Origin: Candidatus Pacebacteria bacterium CG_4_9_14_0_2_um_filter_40_15
Lineage (GTDB): Bacteria > Patescibacteriota > Microgenomatia > UBA1400 > PJMF01
NCBI GenBank assembly: GCA_002788675.1
Contig: PFRS01000001.1
Span: forward strand, 106,204-170,203
Reading direction: 5' to 3'
Length of the DNA: 64,000 nucleotides
Each line of letters begins with the position of its first letter. Within the stretch, counting starts at the first letter, position 1. The notes below the pieces were generated by a model. That model searched no databases, had not been told where the DNA came from, and was given only the letters and a program-made list of their open reading frames with translations. Shown piece after piece: positions 19,418-30,062 of this stretch. Made by a program: the position numbers and the translations under genes.

Positions 19418-20220
19418 TGCAACAACAAGCAACACTTGTATACGTTCCTGCTGTTCATGCTGGCATCGTTTCATATATATCTGAGACTAAAGGCGACATT
19501 TGGGTGCTCGGGTCTGAAGTTATCACCCTTATTGATGCCCAGTTTGATTATCTTCGTAAAGAAATTAGAGCATTAACCCCTAAACAAGCAGTTATATCCC
19601 TTAGTGCCCTCTTTCTCAAACGCACTGTCAAAGAACTCACACTCGCAGACCTCATTTCCTTAAATGCCAAAAAAACTGACTTAGTCTTACCGCGTGAAGA
19701 CATCTTTTATTGGCTTGCAAAAACACACCTTACAAAAGCAAAACTAACTTTTTCTCCCACTTTCTTACGATGGAATCGAGATAATAGCACTCAGAAAACT
19801 ACCTTAAACACACCTATGGCTACCGCATTTGAGGCAGCCAACCAAAGCAGTGACTGGTGGCGCCAAGTTGGCTGTGCCTTGGTAAAAAATGGCAAAATTA
19901 TTTCTACTGCCTTTAATCATCATCTGCCTTCTCCCTACACTCCATACATCGACAGTGATCCCCGCAATAGCTTTCATAAAGGGGAACATATTGAGCTTTC
20001 TACTGCCATTCATGCCGAGGCAGCACTCATTGCTGACGCAGCTAAAAAAGGCATTTCACTTGAGGGAACACAACTGTATGTTACTACATTTCCCTGTCCT
20101 GCTTGCGCAAAATTAATTGCCTGTAGTGGTATTACAAAGCTTTACTTTTCTGAAGGGTATAGCATGTTGGATGGGGAAAAAATTCTCAACGATGCTGGAG
20201 TACTTTTGAGTAAAATATAA
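19417..20220 (+). CDS. dCMP deaminase (ComEB/cytidine-deaminase family) with a roughly 130 aa N-terminal extension of unknown function
   Basis: The C-terminal half carries the zinc ligands HAEAALIA and FPCPACAKLI. The N-terminal domain matches nothing recognisable. Confidence 0.65.
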   Translation: MQQQATLVYVPAVHAGIVSYISETKGDIWVLGSEVITLIDAQFDYLRKEIRALTPKQAVISLSALFLKRTVKELTLADLISLNAKKTDLVLPREDIFYWLAKTHLTKAKLTFSPTFLRWNRDNSTQKTTLNTPMATAFEAANQSSDWWRQVGCALVKNGKIISTAFNHHLPSPYTPYIDSDPRNSFHKGEHIELSTAIHAEAALIADAAKKGISLEGTQLYVTTFPCPACAKLIACSGITKLYFSEGYSMLDGEKILNDAGVLLSKI

Positions 20221-20224
20221 AAAA

Positions 20225-20701
20225 TTATTTTTTTGATTTTCCAAGCTTAACTCGAACTGGCTCATAGGTATCAGACTCAATATCAGGCTGAATAAACTGT
20301 GCATGCAAGTGGTGTACACTTCCTGCTGAATAATTTGTATCTCCAAATCGCATCACAAATCCTCCACCAGGAACATCAAAATGTGCGGCCGCCCACTGAA
20401 ACACTTCTATAAGTTCTGTGCCTGCTTCTGGATTAACTTCAGAAAGATGCTCAGCATGCTCTTTGTAGATTGCAAGCAAATGCACTTTTGTGTGTTTATA
20501 TGGCCAACGATTATACGTAAGCAACCAAAATTTTCCATCAAAAAGAGTCTCTTCCTCTTGATGTGCGGCAAAATTTTCCATGCAAAAAGGACAATCTCCT
20601 GTTTCAGCAATTTCTTGCATCGCCTTAAGTTGATCATCAAAGCGATAATTATCTAAATCAACAACTGGTTTTTTCTTCATAGTTCTCTCATTTATTAACA
20701 C
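20225..20701 (-). CDS. HIT-superfamily protein of the GalT / Ap4A-phosphorylase branch (HxHxQ)
   Basis: An N-terminal CPFC zinc motif and the histidine triad variant VHHLHAQF (H-x-H-x-Q). Confidence 0.6.
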   Translation of the reverse strand: MLINERTMKKKPVVDLDNYRFDDQLKAMQEIAETGDCPFCMENFAAHQEEETLFDGKFWLLTYNRWPYKHTKVHLLAIYKEHAEHLSEVNPEAGTELIEVFQWAAAHFDVPGGGFVMRFGDTNYSAGSVHHLHAQFIQPDIESDTYEPVRVKLGKSKK

Positions 20702-20704
20702 AAG

Positions 20705-21616
20705 CTAAATAGCGACGGGAATATCCCACATGCCCTTGTGCGGAGTGTAGTCAGATAGTTTAAAATCTTCAACACGGAAGTCAAAAAGATTCGTTTTTTC
20801 TGCATTCATCTTCATCGTGGGAAGTGCCCGAGGTTCGCGAGAAAGCATTTCTTTTACGTGATCAAGCTGATCAACATAAATGTGTGCATCACTAAAGCTA
20901 TGCACATATTCATAGGCTTCATAGCCAGTTGCCTGCGCAATCATCATGGTTAAGGCAGCATACTGTGCCAGATTCGCCGGTAATCCGACTGGCGTGTCAC
21001 TGCTTCGCTGGAACATGTGTAACGTCAATTTGCCATCAATTATCCTGATATGAATCCATCCATGACAAGGACAGACAACAAATTTTTGCTGCTTTCCTGT
21101 AACTCGAATAGTATATTGAGGAATCCAGGGTGAAATGAAGTGAGTGCGCAGCTGCGGCCGCTCTTTAATTTGCTGGATGATGTTTTCAAACTGGTTAAAC
21201 GTGGGACCTTCGGCAGTTGGGAAATCATGAAAGGCCGCACCATAGCTACCTGGGCCCATGTCACCAGATTCGAGTCCACGCTTATGACATTTTGAATCCG
21301 TCACCCATGAACTCCACCAATTGCAGCCATAGCTTTCAAGTTCTTCTTGGGTGCGAGCACCATTAATAAAACCGATTATTTCGCCAATAGCTTGGCTCCA
21401 AATTTTTTTACTTATTTTGCGTTCAGTAATAATGGGAAAACCATTGGAGAGTTTAAAATGCAGTGGATTTGGCCCCATAAGGGTCAATGCATCTACACCT
21501 TGCTGTGAAGGAGTTTTTATTCCTCTATCAAGAATTGATTGAAGTAGTTCTCGATATTGAGTGTCTGGAGTCTTAGTTGTGAGTTCAACTGAAGGAGTAT
21601 ATATTTTAGTCATCAC
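20705..21616 (-). CDS. thyA: Thymidylate synthase ThyA
   Basis: The PCH nucleophile motif (VVCPCHGW), the QRSSDTPVGLPANLAQYAAL block and the ThyA C-terminus PVAI. Confidence 0.85.
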   Translation of the reverse strand: MMTKIYTPSVELTTKTPDTQYRELLQSILDRGIKTPSQQGVDALTLMGPNPLHFKLSNGFPIITERKISKKIWSQAIGEIIGFINGARTQEELESYGCNWWSSWVTDSKCHKRGLESGDMGPGSYGAAFHDFPTAEGPTFNQFENIIQQIKERPQLRTHFISPWIPQYTIRVTGKQQKFVVCPCHGWIHIRIIDGKLTLHMFQRSSDTPVGLPANLAQYAALTMMIAQATGYEAYEYVHSFSDAHIYVDQLDHVKEMLSREPRALPTMKMNAEKTNLFDFRVEDFKLSDYTPHKGMWDIPVAI

Positions 21617-21676
21617 CCACAGTTATAACGCATCGCGCGTAATCAGAAAAGTCCAAACTCACCTATGCAGTGAAAA

Positions 21677-22252
21677 TTATCGAGTTTGTGTATATAAAGC
21701 ATGTTCATGAATATACTCAAGAACCGCTGGCTCAACAAACGCATCAAGATCTGCACCTGAAAGCACGGTGTCTCTTACTAAAGTAGACGAGACGGCTACC
21801 TCTGTCATACCAAATAATCCAACCATATTTGGAAAGAGATTGTCCAGTGGATAACCCTTACGTGGATACATATAAAAAGTATAGTTTGCTAGTTGAGGAT
21901 GCCCCTCTAAGAAGGCATCAAATCGAGAAATATACTCAGAACCCATGATCCATGAAAAATGAGTGTCGGGATACTTTTCTTCAAAATACTGCAATGTGGG
22001 GTAGGTATAACCTACTTCTTTGTACTCAGCAATTTTCTGATTTTTCCCTAGAATCAACTCTAACATGGCTTTGCGATCCTCATACGGAGCCATGACTTCT
22101 TTTCCATATTTTGCTGCCCAAGGATGTTTAAAAACTGGAACAAACCAAACTTCGTCAATAAAGTCTTGTGTAACTACCGTCGCAACTTGTGAATGTCCTT
22201 TGTGTGGAGGATCAAATGCACCTCCAAACAAGGCCACCTGTTTTTTTTTCAT
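21677..22252 (-). CDS. nadD: Nicotinate-nucleotide adenylyltransferase
   Basis: VALFGGAFDPPHKGH, an HxGH motif. Confidence 0.8.
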   Translation of the reverse strand: MKKKQVALFGGAFDPPHKGHSQVATVVTQDFIDEVWFVPVFKHPWAAKYGKEVMAPYEDRKAMLELILGKNQKIAEYKEVGYTYPTLQYFEEKYPDTHFSWIMGSEYISRFDAFLEGHPQLANYTFYMYPRKGYPLDNLFPNMVGLFGMTEVAVSSTLVRDTVLSGADLDAFVEPAVLEYIHEHALYTQTR

Positions 22253-22255
22253 AGG

Positions 22256-24463
22256 TTATTTTGTTGCTTTAGTTGGCTTTTTTTTGGGTGCCTTTTTCGC
22301 AGTGGCCTTCTTAGCCGTGGTTTTTTTTGCAGCTGGTTTCTTTGCTCTACTCTCTAGCCACTTTTTTTTGCGTTCGGCTCTCTCAGCCTGTTTCTTTGCC
22401 CATTCTTCTTTGGTAACTGTCATACCAAGTTCTGGTTTTTTCCAGTCTGCCCAATCGCAGTCAGGATATCTGCCACAACCAAAGAATGCCTTACCCCATC
22501 GTGAATTCTTGACAATAACAGCACCTTCATGACAGAGAGGACACTTAACACCATCAACCGTTTCATTAATATTTTCCGTGAATTTACACTCAGGAAACTT
22601 ATTGCAACTCTTAAACTTGCCAAACTTACCTGAGCGAATAACAATCTTACCACCTTCTGTGTCACCACATTTTGGACACTTTTCGCCTGTTTCTTCAACT
22701 GGAATTTGCTTGCGCTCAGCAGAATCTGTCACCTTTTCAATCTTTTTGCTCAGCGGTGTATAAAAAGATCGTACAACTGCTTTCCACTCTTTCTTACCTA
22801 GAGCTATTCTGTCTAAATCCTCTTCCATCTCTGCGGTAAACTCATACTCCATAAATTCTGGAAAATTTTCTATGAGAAAATCACTTACCGTTAAGCCCAC
22901 AGCTGTTGTAAAGAAGCGTTTTTCTTTTCGTTCGATATATCCTCGATCAACAATAACCGAAATAATTGATGCATAGGTACTTGGGCGACCAATGCCTCTC
23001 TTCTCGAGTTCTTTAATAAGTGAAGCATCATTGTATCTTGATGGTGGTTGAGTGAATTTTTGCGCAAAGAAACTGTCGGTGTGGAACAGCGTTTCACCTT
23101 CAGAAACCTCTGGTAAAAGCACGTCTTCTCTGTTTGGGAAAAGCCTTGTCCAACCATCAAACTTCAGTATTGAACCATTAACTTTCACCTCACCATTTTT
23201 AACAGTTGCTGATGCAATTGTAGGTTGAAACTCAATTGAAATGGCAGTCTGTTCATACAAAGCATGCGTCATTTGACTTGCAACATAGCGATTCCAAATT
23301 AAAGAATATATTTTTACATGTTGCTCAGAGAACTTAGTGCTTTTGGCAATAATATCTGAACCGATAATTGATATGTCGGTCACACGAATTGCCTCATGAG
23401 CCTCTTGTGCATTCTTACTTTTAGTACTAAATGATCGGACCTGAGTAGGCAAATATGGTTTACCAAATCCAGCCAAAATATAATCGCGAGCCATGTCCGT
23501 TGCTTGAGTAGAAAGGTTCGTTGAGTCAGTTCTATGATAGGTAATCAAACCTTCTTCGTAGAGATTCTGCGCTAACTGCATTGTTTTTTTACCACTATAT
23601 CCAAAAGATGTCGCAGCTTTTTGTTGCAAAGATGAAGTCGTAAATGGAGGCAAACTTTGACGCTTTCTTTCTTTTCTCTCAACTGTTGAAATAGTATATG
23701 CTGCTGTTGGCATAACCTCTTGAAGATCAGTAATATCTGCTTCTTTTTTAGGTTCAAATTTTTTGCCATTAAGCGTATGCACTTTGCCTAATACTGTACC
23801 CTCAGGCAAACTTTCACTAGCCTTGCCATCAACAAAAATGGTTTCACTCCGTTGATCCTTGGCAAGCGCAACATCTACTTCCCAATACTCTTCGGGAATA
23901 AATGCCTCAATCTCTCGTTCTCTTTCTGCTAACAATCTGAGTGCAACTGATTGGACTCGACCAGCAGATAATCCACGACGAACTTTTTTCCAGAGAACTG
24001 GTGAAACTTTGTAACCCACCAATCTATCAAGCACTCGACGAGCTTGTTGGGCATCAACTAGATCCATATTTATAGTACTCGGATTGTCGATTGCTTTTGT
24101 TACAGCAGTCTTTGTAATTTCATGAAAGGTTGCGCGTTTATACTCGATTTTTTTCTTCTTCAGGGAAGTATCATTTTCAAGAACATGCTGTATATGCCAT
24201 GCAATTGCCTCACCTTCTCGGTCAGGGTCAGTCGCAAGATAAATAATGTCAGCATTCTTTGCTTCACTTTTAAGTTTAGAAATTACTTTCTTCTTATCGG
24301 CATTCACTTCGTACGTTGGTTCGAGAGATTCTTCATCAACACCGAGTCCACTTTTTGGTAAATCCCGGATATGACCGACAGAAGCTTCGACTCTAAAATC
24401 CTTGCCTAAGTATCCACTTAACTTTCGTGCTTTGGTTGGTGACTCAACAATAACTAACTGCAT
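22256..24463 (-). CDS. topA: DNA topoisomerase I
   Basis: A Toprim N-terminus (IVESPTKARKL), the active-site region with YxRTDS, C-terminal C4 zinc ribbons and a Lys-rich tail. Confidence 0.9.
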   Translation of the reverse strand: MQLVIVESPTKARKLSGYLGKDFRVEASVGHIRDLPKSGLGVDEESLEPTYEVNADKKKVISKLKSEAKNADIIYLATDPDREGEAIAWHIQHVLENDTSLKKKKIEYKRATFHEITKTAVTKAIDNPSTINMDLVDAQQARRVLDRLVGYKVSPVLWKKVRRGLSAGRVQSVALRLLAEREREIEAFIPEEYWEVDVALAKDQRSETIFVDGKASESLPEGTVLGKVHTLNGKKFEPKKEADITDLQEVMPTAAYTISTVERKERKRQSLPPFTTSSLQQKAATSFGYSGKKTMQLAQNLYEEGLITYHRTDSTNLSTQATDMARDYILAGFGKPYLPTQVRSFSTKSKNAQEAHEAIRVTDISIIGSDIIAKSTKFSEQHVKIYSLIWNRYVASQMTHALYEQTAISIEFQPTIASATVKNGEVKVNGSILKFDGWTRLFPNREDVLLPEVSEGETLFHTDSFFAQKFTQPPSRYNDASLIKELEKRGIGRPSTYASIISVIVDRGYIERKEKRFFTTAVGLTVSDFLIENFPEFMEYEFTAEMEEDLDRIALGKKEWKAVVRSFYTPLSKKIEKVTDSAERKQIPVEETGEKCPKCGDTEGGKIVIRSGKFGKFKSCNKFPECKFTENINETVDGVKCPLCHEGAVIVKNSRWGKAFFGCGRYPDCDWADWKKPELGMTVTKEEWAKKQAERAERKKKWLESRAKKPAAKKTTAKKATAKKAPKKKPTKATK

Positions 24464-24585
24464 GCAATTCTGTTTCTTTCTGTGCTATTTCTCAGGACCA
24501 CTTCTACTCTATCAAAGGTTAGTGCCATATTTACAAGGCACCATCCTTATTCTAACAATACTATAGTATGTCGACGCGAATTCCA

Positions 24586-25707
24586 CTACCGCGGATACCA
24601 GAGTATACCATCTTTGACAAGTCTACCCTGCAATTCTAATGCTGATAACGCAACAAGTACATCCGAAATACTACAATTGAGTTCTGCTACAAGCATTTCA
24701 ACTGAGGCAGGACCCGATGTTACATACTCTACTATTTTTTCTTCCATTTTTGAATCGTCGGATATAGTTTTTGATGTTTCAGCTTGACTTAAGTTAGACT
24801 CTAAACCAAGATATGATCCAACTTCAAAGCCCGAGCTTATAAGTGTCGCTCCTTGATTAACCAGCCATTTTGTTCCTTCACTATAAGGGTTACTTATTGG
24901 ACCAGGTACAGCAAAAACTGCACGACCATTTGTAGTAGCAAACAGTGCTGTACCATGACTACCACTCTTTTGGGCAGCCTCTGTAACTATGACTGAATGG
25001 CTTAGCCCTGCAATTATTCTATTTCTGGCTACAAAATATGCTGGAATCGGCTCATCCTCTGGGAAATACTCGGAGACTACCGCACCACCATTTTGAATAA
25101 TTCTATCAAGTAGCGGTTGCATTCTTGCTGGATACACCTTGTTAAAACCATATCCTAAAACTGCAATTGTTGCACCATTGTTCTCGAGGGTTACCTTATG
25201 AACGACTTCGTCAACCCCATACATACAGCCTGAAACGGTACTGATTCCATCAAGCACAAGTTCTCTTGTTATTTTCTCTGTCACAAACCTGCCATAGGCT
25301 GTGATCTTCCGGGTACCAACAACTCCTACACCTGGAGTTTGTAACAAAGATGCATCGCCCTTACAAAAGAGAAAAACTGGAGGATCCTCAATAGTAAGGA
25401 GCGATGGTGGATACTCCTTTTCACTAATAAAGATAACCGAAATACCTTGTGACTCATACTGATCATTTTTTGAATTAAAAAAGTTTTCAATTTCATTTAT
25501 ATCAATTGATATATCATTTTTTATAAATATAGATTGTAATGTTGAATGCAACAGCAATTGCGACCGAATCATATCGGGTTTAATTTGTTTTTCTGAAATG
25601 TGTGTTAGAACTGCATGCACAGTCCTCCGTCCAATTCCTGGTCGCGAAAGTAAATAGAATGCAAGCTTTTTCTCCCATGGAGAATTTGAGTACTGTGTCA
25701 CAACCAA
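24586..25707 (-). CDS. dprA: DNA processing protein DprA/Smf
   Basis: A Rossmann-like DprA core (GVVGTRKITAYG, VVSGCMYGVDE, GTALFATTNGRAVFAVPG) with an N-terminal SAM-like domain. Confidence 0.85.
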   Translation of the reverse strand: MVVTQYSNSPWEKKLAFYLLSRPGIGRRTVHAVLTHISEKQIKPDMIRSQLLLHSTLQSIFIKNDISIDINEIENFFNSKNDQYESQGISVIFISEKEYPPSLLTIEDPPVFLFCKGDASLLQTPGVGVVGTRKITAYGRFVTEKITRELVLDGISTVSGCMYGVDEVVHKVTLENNGATIAVLGYGFNKVYPARMQPLLDRIIQNGGAVVSEYFPEDEPIPAYFVARNRIIAGLSHSVIVTEAAQKSGSHGTALFATTNGRAVFAVPGPISNPYSEGTKWLVNQGATLISSGFEVGSYLGLESNLSQAETSKTISDDSKMEEKIVEYVTSGPASVEMLVAELNCSISDVLVALSALELQGRLVKDGILWYPR

Positions 25708-25752
25708 AGCATACCTTGTAACACTGACACCAATCTGACATCAATTTATTGA

Positions 25753-27693
25753 TTATTTCTGTGAAATTTCGCCGGACATCCAATCATATATTGCCTTGGC
25801 AATTGGCGCAGCATCTCTGGATCCTTCTTTAAATGGCTGGGCTTCATCACTCTCTACAAGCGTAACTATTACCAGTTTTTTGGGATAGCCATCTTTTTGA
25901 ACTCTTTTGCCCCACTGCAGATAAAGCTCTTCAAGTGAATAATCTTCTGCACTCGTTTTTTTAGTAGTTTGATCTTCAACCACTATTTCAGATTCAACTG
26001 TTGCTGATTCAGTTGCCTGTTCTTCAGCTGCAGGTTCTAACATACTTGAACCACCTTGACTAGCATTCTTAGCTGCCTCTCGCATCTCTGGAGTCACCGC
26101 AAAAATAGTTGCAAACCAGCCATGTGTTTTTCTATACCCTTGTCCATCAGCAGCGCCAAACTCTGAGGTGCCAGTTTTGCAGGCAATTGCTCCATTTTGA
26201 ATCTCATCAAATGGGTCGAGTGTTGTGTCGCGGGCAGTTTCATTAGCCTCAAAAAATGGATATGCCGTACCACCCGTCGAACAAGCTTCAAGCATGCCTC
26301 TAACCACTAATGCTAGATTTTGTTCAGTAAATCCCAATTCAGTACAATTTGATTCATTTTTCTGTTGCTGAGTGGTTGTTCGCGGGGCACATCGTGCCCC
26401 GCGCTTCGCAATTGCTTGCACAGCGCTAGCCAATTGAATTGGTGAAACAAGAACATCGCCCTGGCCAATACCCATATGAAACGTATTACCTAAAAACCAT
26501 TTTTCACCTATGGACTCTTCTTTCCACTCTGGTGTTGGAATAAGACCTGCTGTTTCACCAGGTAATTCAACTCCTGTTCTCTCTCCTAAACCAAATAGCC
26601 GTGCATACTCACCCAATTTAATAGGTCCAAGCCACTCAGCAGTCTTGTAAAAAAAGATATCGTTACTTCTAGCTAGTGATCGAACCACATTAATATCGCC
26701 TTCAACCCGTCCATATTGGGTAAAATACCAGTTTGCATAACTATATTCGCCCACATCAAGCACCCCTTCATCACGCACCGTAGTACTTTCTTCGAGCACC
26801 TCTTGCTCTAACCCCGCCATGGCCGTAATAAGCTTAAAAACTGAGCCCGGAGGATACGATCCTGCCACAGCTCTATCAAAAAATGGCTTGAGTGGGTTGG
26901 TAAAATAGGCTGCTACTTTTTGCCGCCTTTGTAATTCATCAGCTGAGGTTATTCCGGTCTTACTGAGTAACGTAGCATTATACGTTGGTGCATTTACAAG
27001 GCTGAGTACTCGGCCTGTTTCAGCATCAAGAATTACTACTGAACCCCGTTGATCACCCAATGCTCTAAAGGCAACCTCAGACAAAAATGGATCAAGTGAT
27101 GTTTGAATATTGGCACCTGAAATTCCCGGCACTTCCTCGACAGTTCTCTGTTTTTTACCCAGAGCATTAATCTCATACGTCACAGTACCTCCTGAACCTC
27201 GAACTGTGTCATCAAACACTTTTTCAAGTCCCATCTTTCCAATTTTTGAGGACACCGGTATATCTGGGTTTGCTTCAATTTCATCTGCAGTCACACTACT
27301 TACATAGCCCAACACATGAGCTGTCGATTCTGGAAATAAATAGTGGCGCTCAATATCGTACTCAACTGCATCCGCATCGATAACCATTTCCTCTAGAGCT
27401 GTTTGATGCGAGATTGACTCGCGCTGTGAATAGAGTGAACTTCTATCTTCTAATTTATAGTACTTGGGAACATTAACCACTAAAGGTTCGCCAAAACGAT
27501 CAAAAAAAATGCCTCGCTGTGCTGCAAGATGCCGAGTGTAAAATCTATTTCCATCAGCTTTTGATCTATAAAAAGCACCTTTCACCACTTGCAGGTCATA
27601 CAACCTCACCAGAAGGAGTGCAAAAAAACAACTTGCTACTCCTAAAAAGAGCAGTTGTTGAAAATGTTGTGGTGTTCTAAATACTTTTCTCAT
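25753..27693 (-). CDS. mrdA: Penicillin-binding protein 2 (transpeptidase)
   Basis: SxxK motif SVFK, SxN motif and KTGT motif (ACKTGTSE). The ORF track starts at 27777 and overlaps mreD, so an internal start near 27693 is likely. Confidence 0.85.
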   Translation of the reverse strand: MRKVFRTPQHFQQLLFLGVASCFFALLLVRLYDLQVVKGAFYRSKADGNRFYTRHLAAQRGIFFDRFGEPLVVNVPKYYKLEDRSSLYSQRESISHQTALEEMVIDADAVEYDIERHYLFPESTAHVLGYVSSVTADEIEANPDIPVSSKIGKMGLEKVFDDTVRGSGGTVTYEINALGKKQRTVEEVPGISGANIQTSLDPFLSEVAFRALGDQRGSVVILDAETGRVLSLVNAPTYNATLLSKTGITSADELQRRQKVAAYFTNPLKPFFDRAVAGSYPPGSVFKLITAMAGLEQEVLEESTTVRDEGVLDVGEYSYANWYFTQYGRVEGDINVVRSLARSNDIFFYKTAEWLGPIKLGEYARLFGLGERTGVELPGETAGLIPTPEWKEESIGEKWFLGNTFHMGIGQGDVLVSPIQLASAVQAIAKRGARCAPRTTTQQQKNESNCTELGFTEQNLALVVRGMLEACSTGGTAYPFFEANETARDTTLDPFDEIQNGAIACKTGTSEFGAADGQGYRKTHGWFATIFAVTPEMREAAKNASQGGSSMLEPAAEEQATESATVESEIVVEDQTTKKTSAEDYSLEELYLQWGKRVQKDGYPKKLVIVTLVESDEAQPFKEGSRDAAPIAKAIYDWMSGEISQK

Positions 27694-28162
27694 TAAGCTC
27701 TTTGGAAAATACTTGTTTTTGCCAATGAAACACTTGGCTAATGCCGTTAAAAACGACTCGTCTAAGCAACAGGACAATAAGAAGTACTTGAATACACAAA
27801 CTAGCTAATACAGAACTACTGATCACCAGCCCAGATACAAACGCAACTGCCGCAGCTTGCACTAATGACACATACACGTAACTCCAACTTTTAGATTGCA
27901 CAGTTGACGCATTTTGGAACTGCAGATACACAAAGCCCACAAGCACAATCAGAGCGATACTCATTGGATTTGCCAGATACACAGTCGCCAACAGTAAAAT
28001 AAAAATGGAAAGAGCTATTCCTTTAAAAATAATCTTTTGCAGCGAAAAAATATGGTAAAACAACAAAAAGGTTATGATAGGAATACCTACCACTCTCTCA
28101 ACACTCAAAACAAATAAAAGTGCGATTATTGCAAAGATATGTGATAGCTTAAATTGTTGCAT
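27677..28162 (-). CDS. mreD: Rod shape-determining protein MreD
   Basis: A small polytopic membrane protein located between mreC and mrdA. Confidence 0.6.
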   Translation of the reverse strand: MQQFKLSHIFAIIALLFVLSVERVVGIPIITFLLFYHIFSLQKIIFKGIALSIFILLLATVYLANPMSIALIVLVGFVYLQFQNASTVQSKSWSYVYVSLVQAAAVAFVSGLVISSSVLASLCIQVLLIVLLLRRVVFNGISQVFHWQKQVFSKELNEKSI

Positions 28163-28165
28163 TGC

Positions 28166-28978
28166 CTACCAAATTTCTACTAATACAGCGTCATAAAATG
28201 ATACATACTGCTGGATAACGGCTACTTTTGTTGGAGCACTTGGATCTGCGGTCACTCGGCCAATTTTGCCCACAAACATATTCTTTCTAATTCCTTCTTG
28301 ACCAAGCGTAAACACTCTCTCACCTTCAGTAATTTCAATCTCTCGAGGAATATGCTTCATCAATACTGACCGTCCATCACCTACTACCACACCTTCAACA
28401 CCAGATTCTGTACGAACAAGGACTGGCTTAAGTTGACTCTGCGAGAGGAGCGTTACTCGTGATTGTTCAGGAAATACTTCCGTAATTATTCCTATCAAGG
28501 TGCCAGACAATACTACTGCTCTATTTTGTTGTATACCATCCAATGAACCTACGCTCACCGCCGGATATGCTAAAGAAACAATTGGAGTCGTAATATGTAC
28601 CTCACTTAAAGTTCGATCAGAGTTTTCAAGCAGTGCTCGAAGCGCTTTGTTTTCCGATTCTACATACTCAAGAGCCGCAACTCGGGATTGAAGTGAACTC
28701 ACTTCAAGCGATAAATTTTGTATTTTTTCTTCTTTTTTGACACCAGAAAAAACACTTCGCAATGGAACAGTCAGCACCGAAATAATTTCAGCATTTTTTT
28801 GAACAACCGGAGTACTAATAATAAGAACTTTCGATTGAAAATGAGCGAAAAGTCCAGTGGTTACCAGCAAAAAGACTGTACCTAGTACACTGCCAAACAA
28901 CATAACGAGCTGTTTTATCTTGCTCGACTCCGATAGATATGATGACTGTTTACGCATCTTTAGCAACTTTTTGTGCAA
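28166..28978 (-). CDS. mreC: Rod shape-determining protein MreC
   Basis: An N-terminal transmembrane segment, a coiled coil and a C-terminal beta domain, sitting in the mreB-mreC-mreD-pbp2 gene order. Confidence 0.7.
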   Translation of the reverse strand: MHKKLLKMRKQSSYLSESSKIKQLVMLFGSVLGTVFLLVTTGLFAHFQSKVLIISTPVVQKNAEIISVLTVPLRSVFSGVKKEEKIQNLSLEVSSLQSRVAALEYVESENKALRALLENSDRTLSEVHITTPIVSLAYPAVSVGSLDGIQQNRAVVLSGTLIGIITEVFPEQSRVTLLSQSQLKPVLVRTESGVEGVVVGDGRSVLMKHIPREIEITEGERVFTLGQEGIRKNMFVGKIGRVTADPSAPTKVAVIQQYVSFYDAVLVEIW

Positions 28979-29990
28979 GCCCTTTTATACTATCTAGTCT
29001 TGGCTTAGTACTCATTTTTACGGGAGCCGAAAATGTATTTTCAATTAGTTCACGCACTCCAGCCATTTCACTCATGCCTCCAGTAATGAAAAGTCCAGAT
29101 TCAAGTGTTGCTGCAACTAAATGCGCAGGAACTACTGAAAAAAAGAATTGCAGTTCATCAAGAAGCTCTTCAACAACTGAGCTAAAAGCCTGAGTGAAAT
29201 CATCTGAAGAAACAACCACAGTTTTGCCTGCTTGAGTAACTACATCTTTACCTCGAACAGCGATTTTCGTTGCTTTTATACGCTTTCCTCCAGGAATAAA
29301 AGTTGCCAACGTGCAAGCTTCAATCTTAACTTTTTCTGCAATATGCCAGCTGATCTCCAAATTATGTTGCAGACGCACTTCCCGCTGCACCAGTTCAGTC
29401 AAATGCACGCCCCCAATTCTAAATTGCCTACTTTCAATATTTTCATCTAAAGTAAAAATGGAGCATTCACTTTTTTGGCCACCCAAGTCGAAGTAACAAA
29501 AGCTCTCATTTTTTCCCGAGTCACCAAGTCCTGTTAGGAGTGCTTGAGCCTGGGATACCAGAGTTACGCTGCGAAAACCAGCCTTAGAAAAGACATCTTC
29601 ATACACAGTCTTTTGAACGGGTGAAAGATTTGTAGGAACTACCACAACAGCCGCAAAACCCAAAAGTTTTGAGATTGTTTCAGTTTCAATTTTTTCAAGC
29701 AGCGCTTCTAAAAATGCTCTGCAGAGAGAGTCACTTATAATAGTACCGTCACGTACGGGGAAAACAACATCAAATTTATTGGACACTTTTCCCAATAATG
29801 AAACTGCCTTGGCACCTATAGCAACTACGCTTTTTGTTTCTCTATGAGTAGTAATGCAAGTTGGTTCTTCAATAATAAGTTTACCGCCATGCATGACTCG
29901 GGTTGTCGTTGAACCCATGTCAAAAAAAACAGGTTCTTTTGCAGATGAAAAAAAAGAAAAGGTTTTCAATACCGATTGTACTCTACTCAT
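28950..29990 (-). CDS. mreB: MreB-like actin homologue
   Basis: An actin/Hsp70-fold ATPase with FDMGSTTTRV, VRDGTIISD and ITGGMSEMAGV phosphate and adenosine motifs. Confidence 0.7.
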   Translation of the reverse strand: MSRVQSVLKTFSFFSSAKEPVFFDMGSTTTRVMHGGKLIIEEPTCITTHRETKSVVAIGAKAVSLLGKVSNKFDVVFPVRDGTIISDSLCRAFLEALLEKIETETISKLLGFAAVVVVPTNLSPVQKTVYEDVFSKAGFRSVTLVSQAQALLTGLGDSGKNESFCYFDLGGQKSECSIFTLDENIESRQFRIGGVHLTELVQREVRLQHNLEISWHIAEKVKIEACTLATFIPGGKRIKATKIAVRGKDVVTQAGKTVVVSSDDFTQAFSSVVEELLDELQFFFSVVPAHLVAATLESGLFITGGMSEMAGVRELIENTFSAPVKMSTKPRLDSIKGLAQKVAKDA

Positions 29991-30062
29991 GAGCGTAGAA
30001 TACCTTACTCACCCTAGAGAACACAAGCCCAGTACCGGAACTAAAAAAACTTGGAAATAAAA

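Noticed and set aside
19114-19458. Minus-strand 114 aa ORF and many other antisense ORFs, including 10033-10419, 14299-14496, 22065-22532, 33133-33450 and 47922-48398
   Set aside because: They lie fully inside strongly supported genes on the opposite strand and have no motifs or ribosome binding sites.
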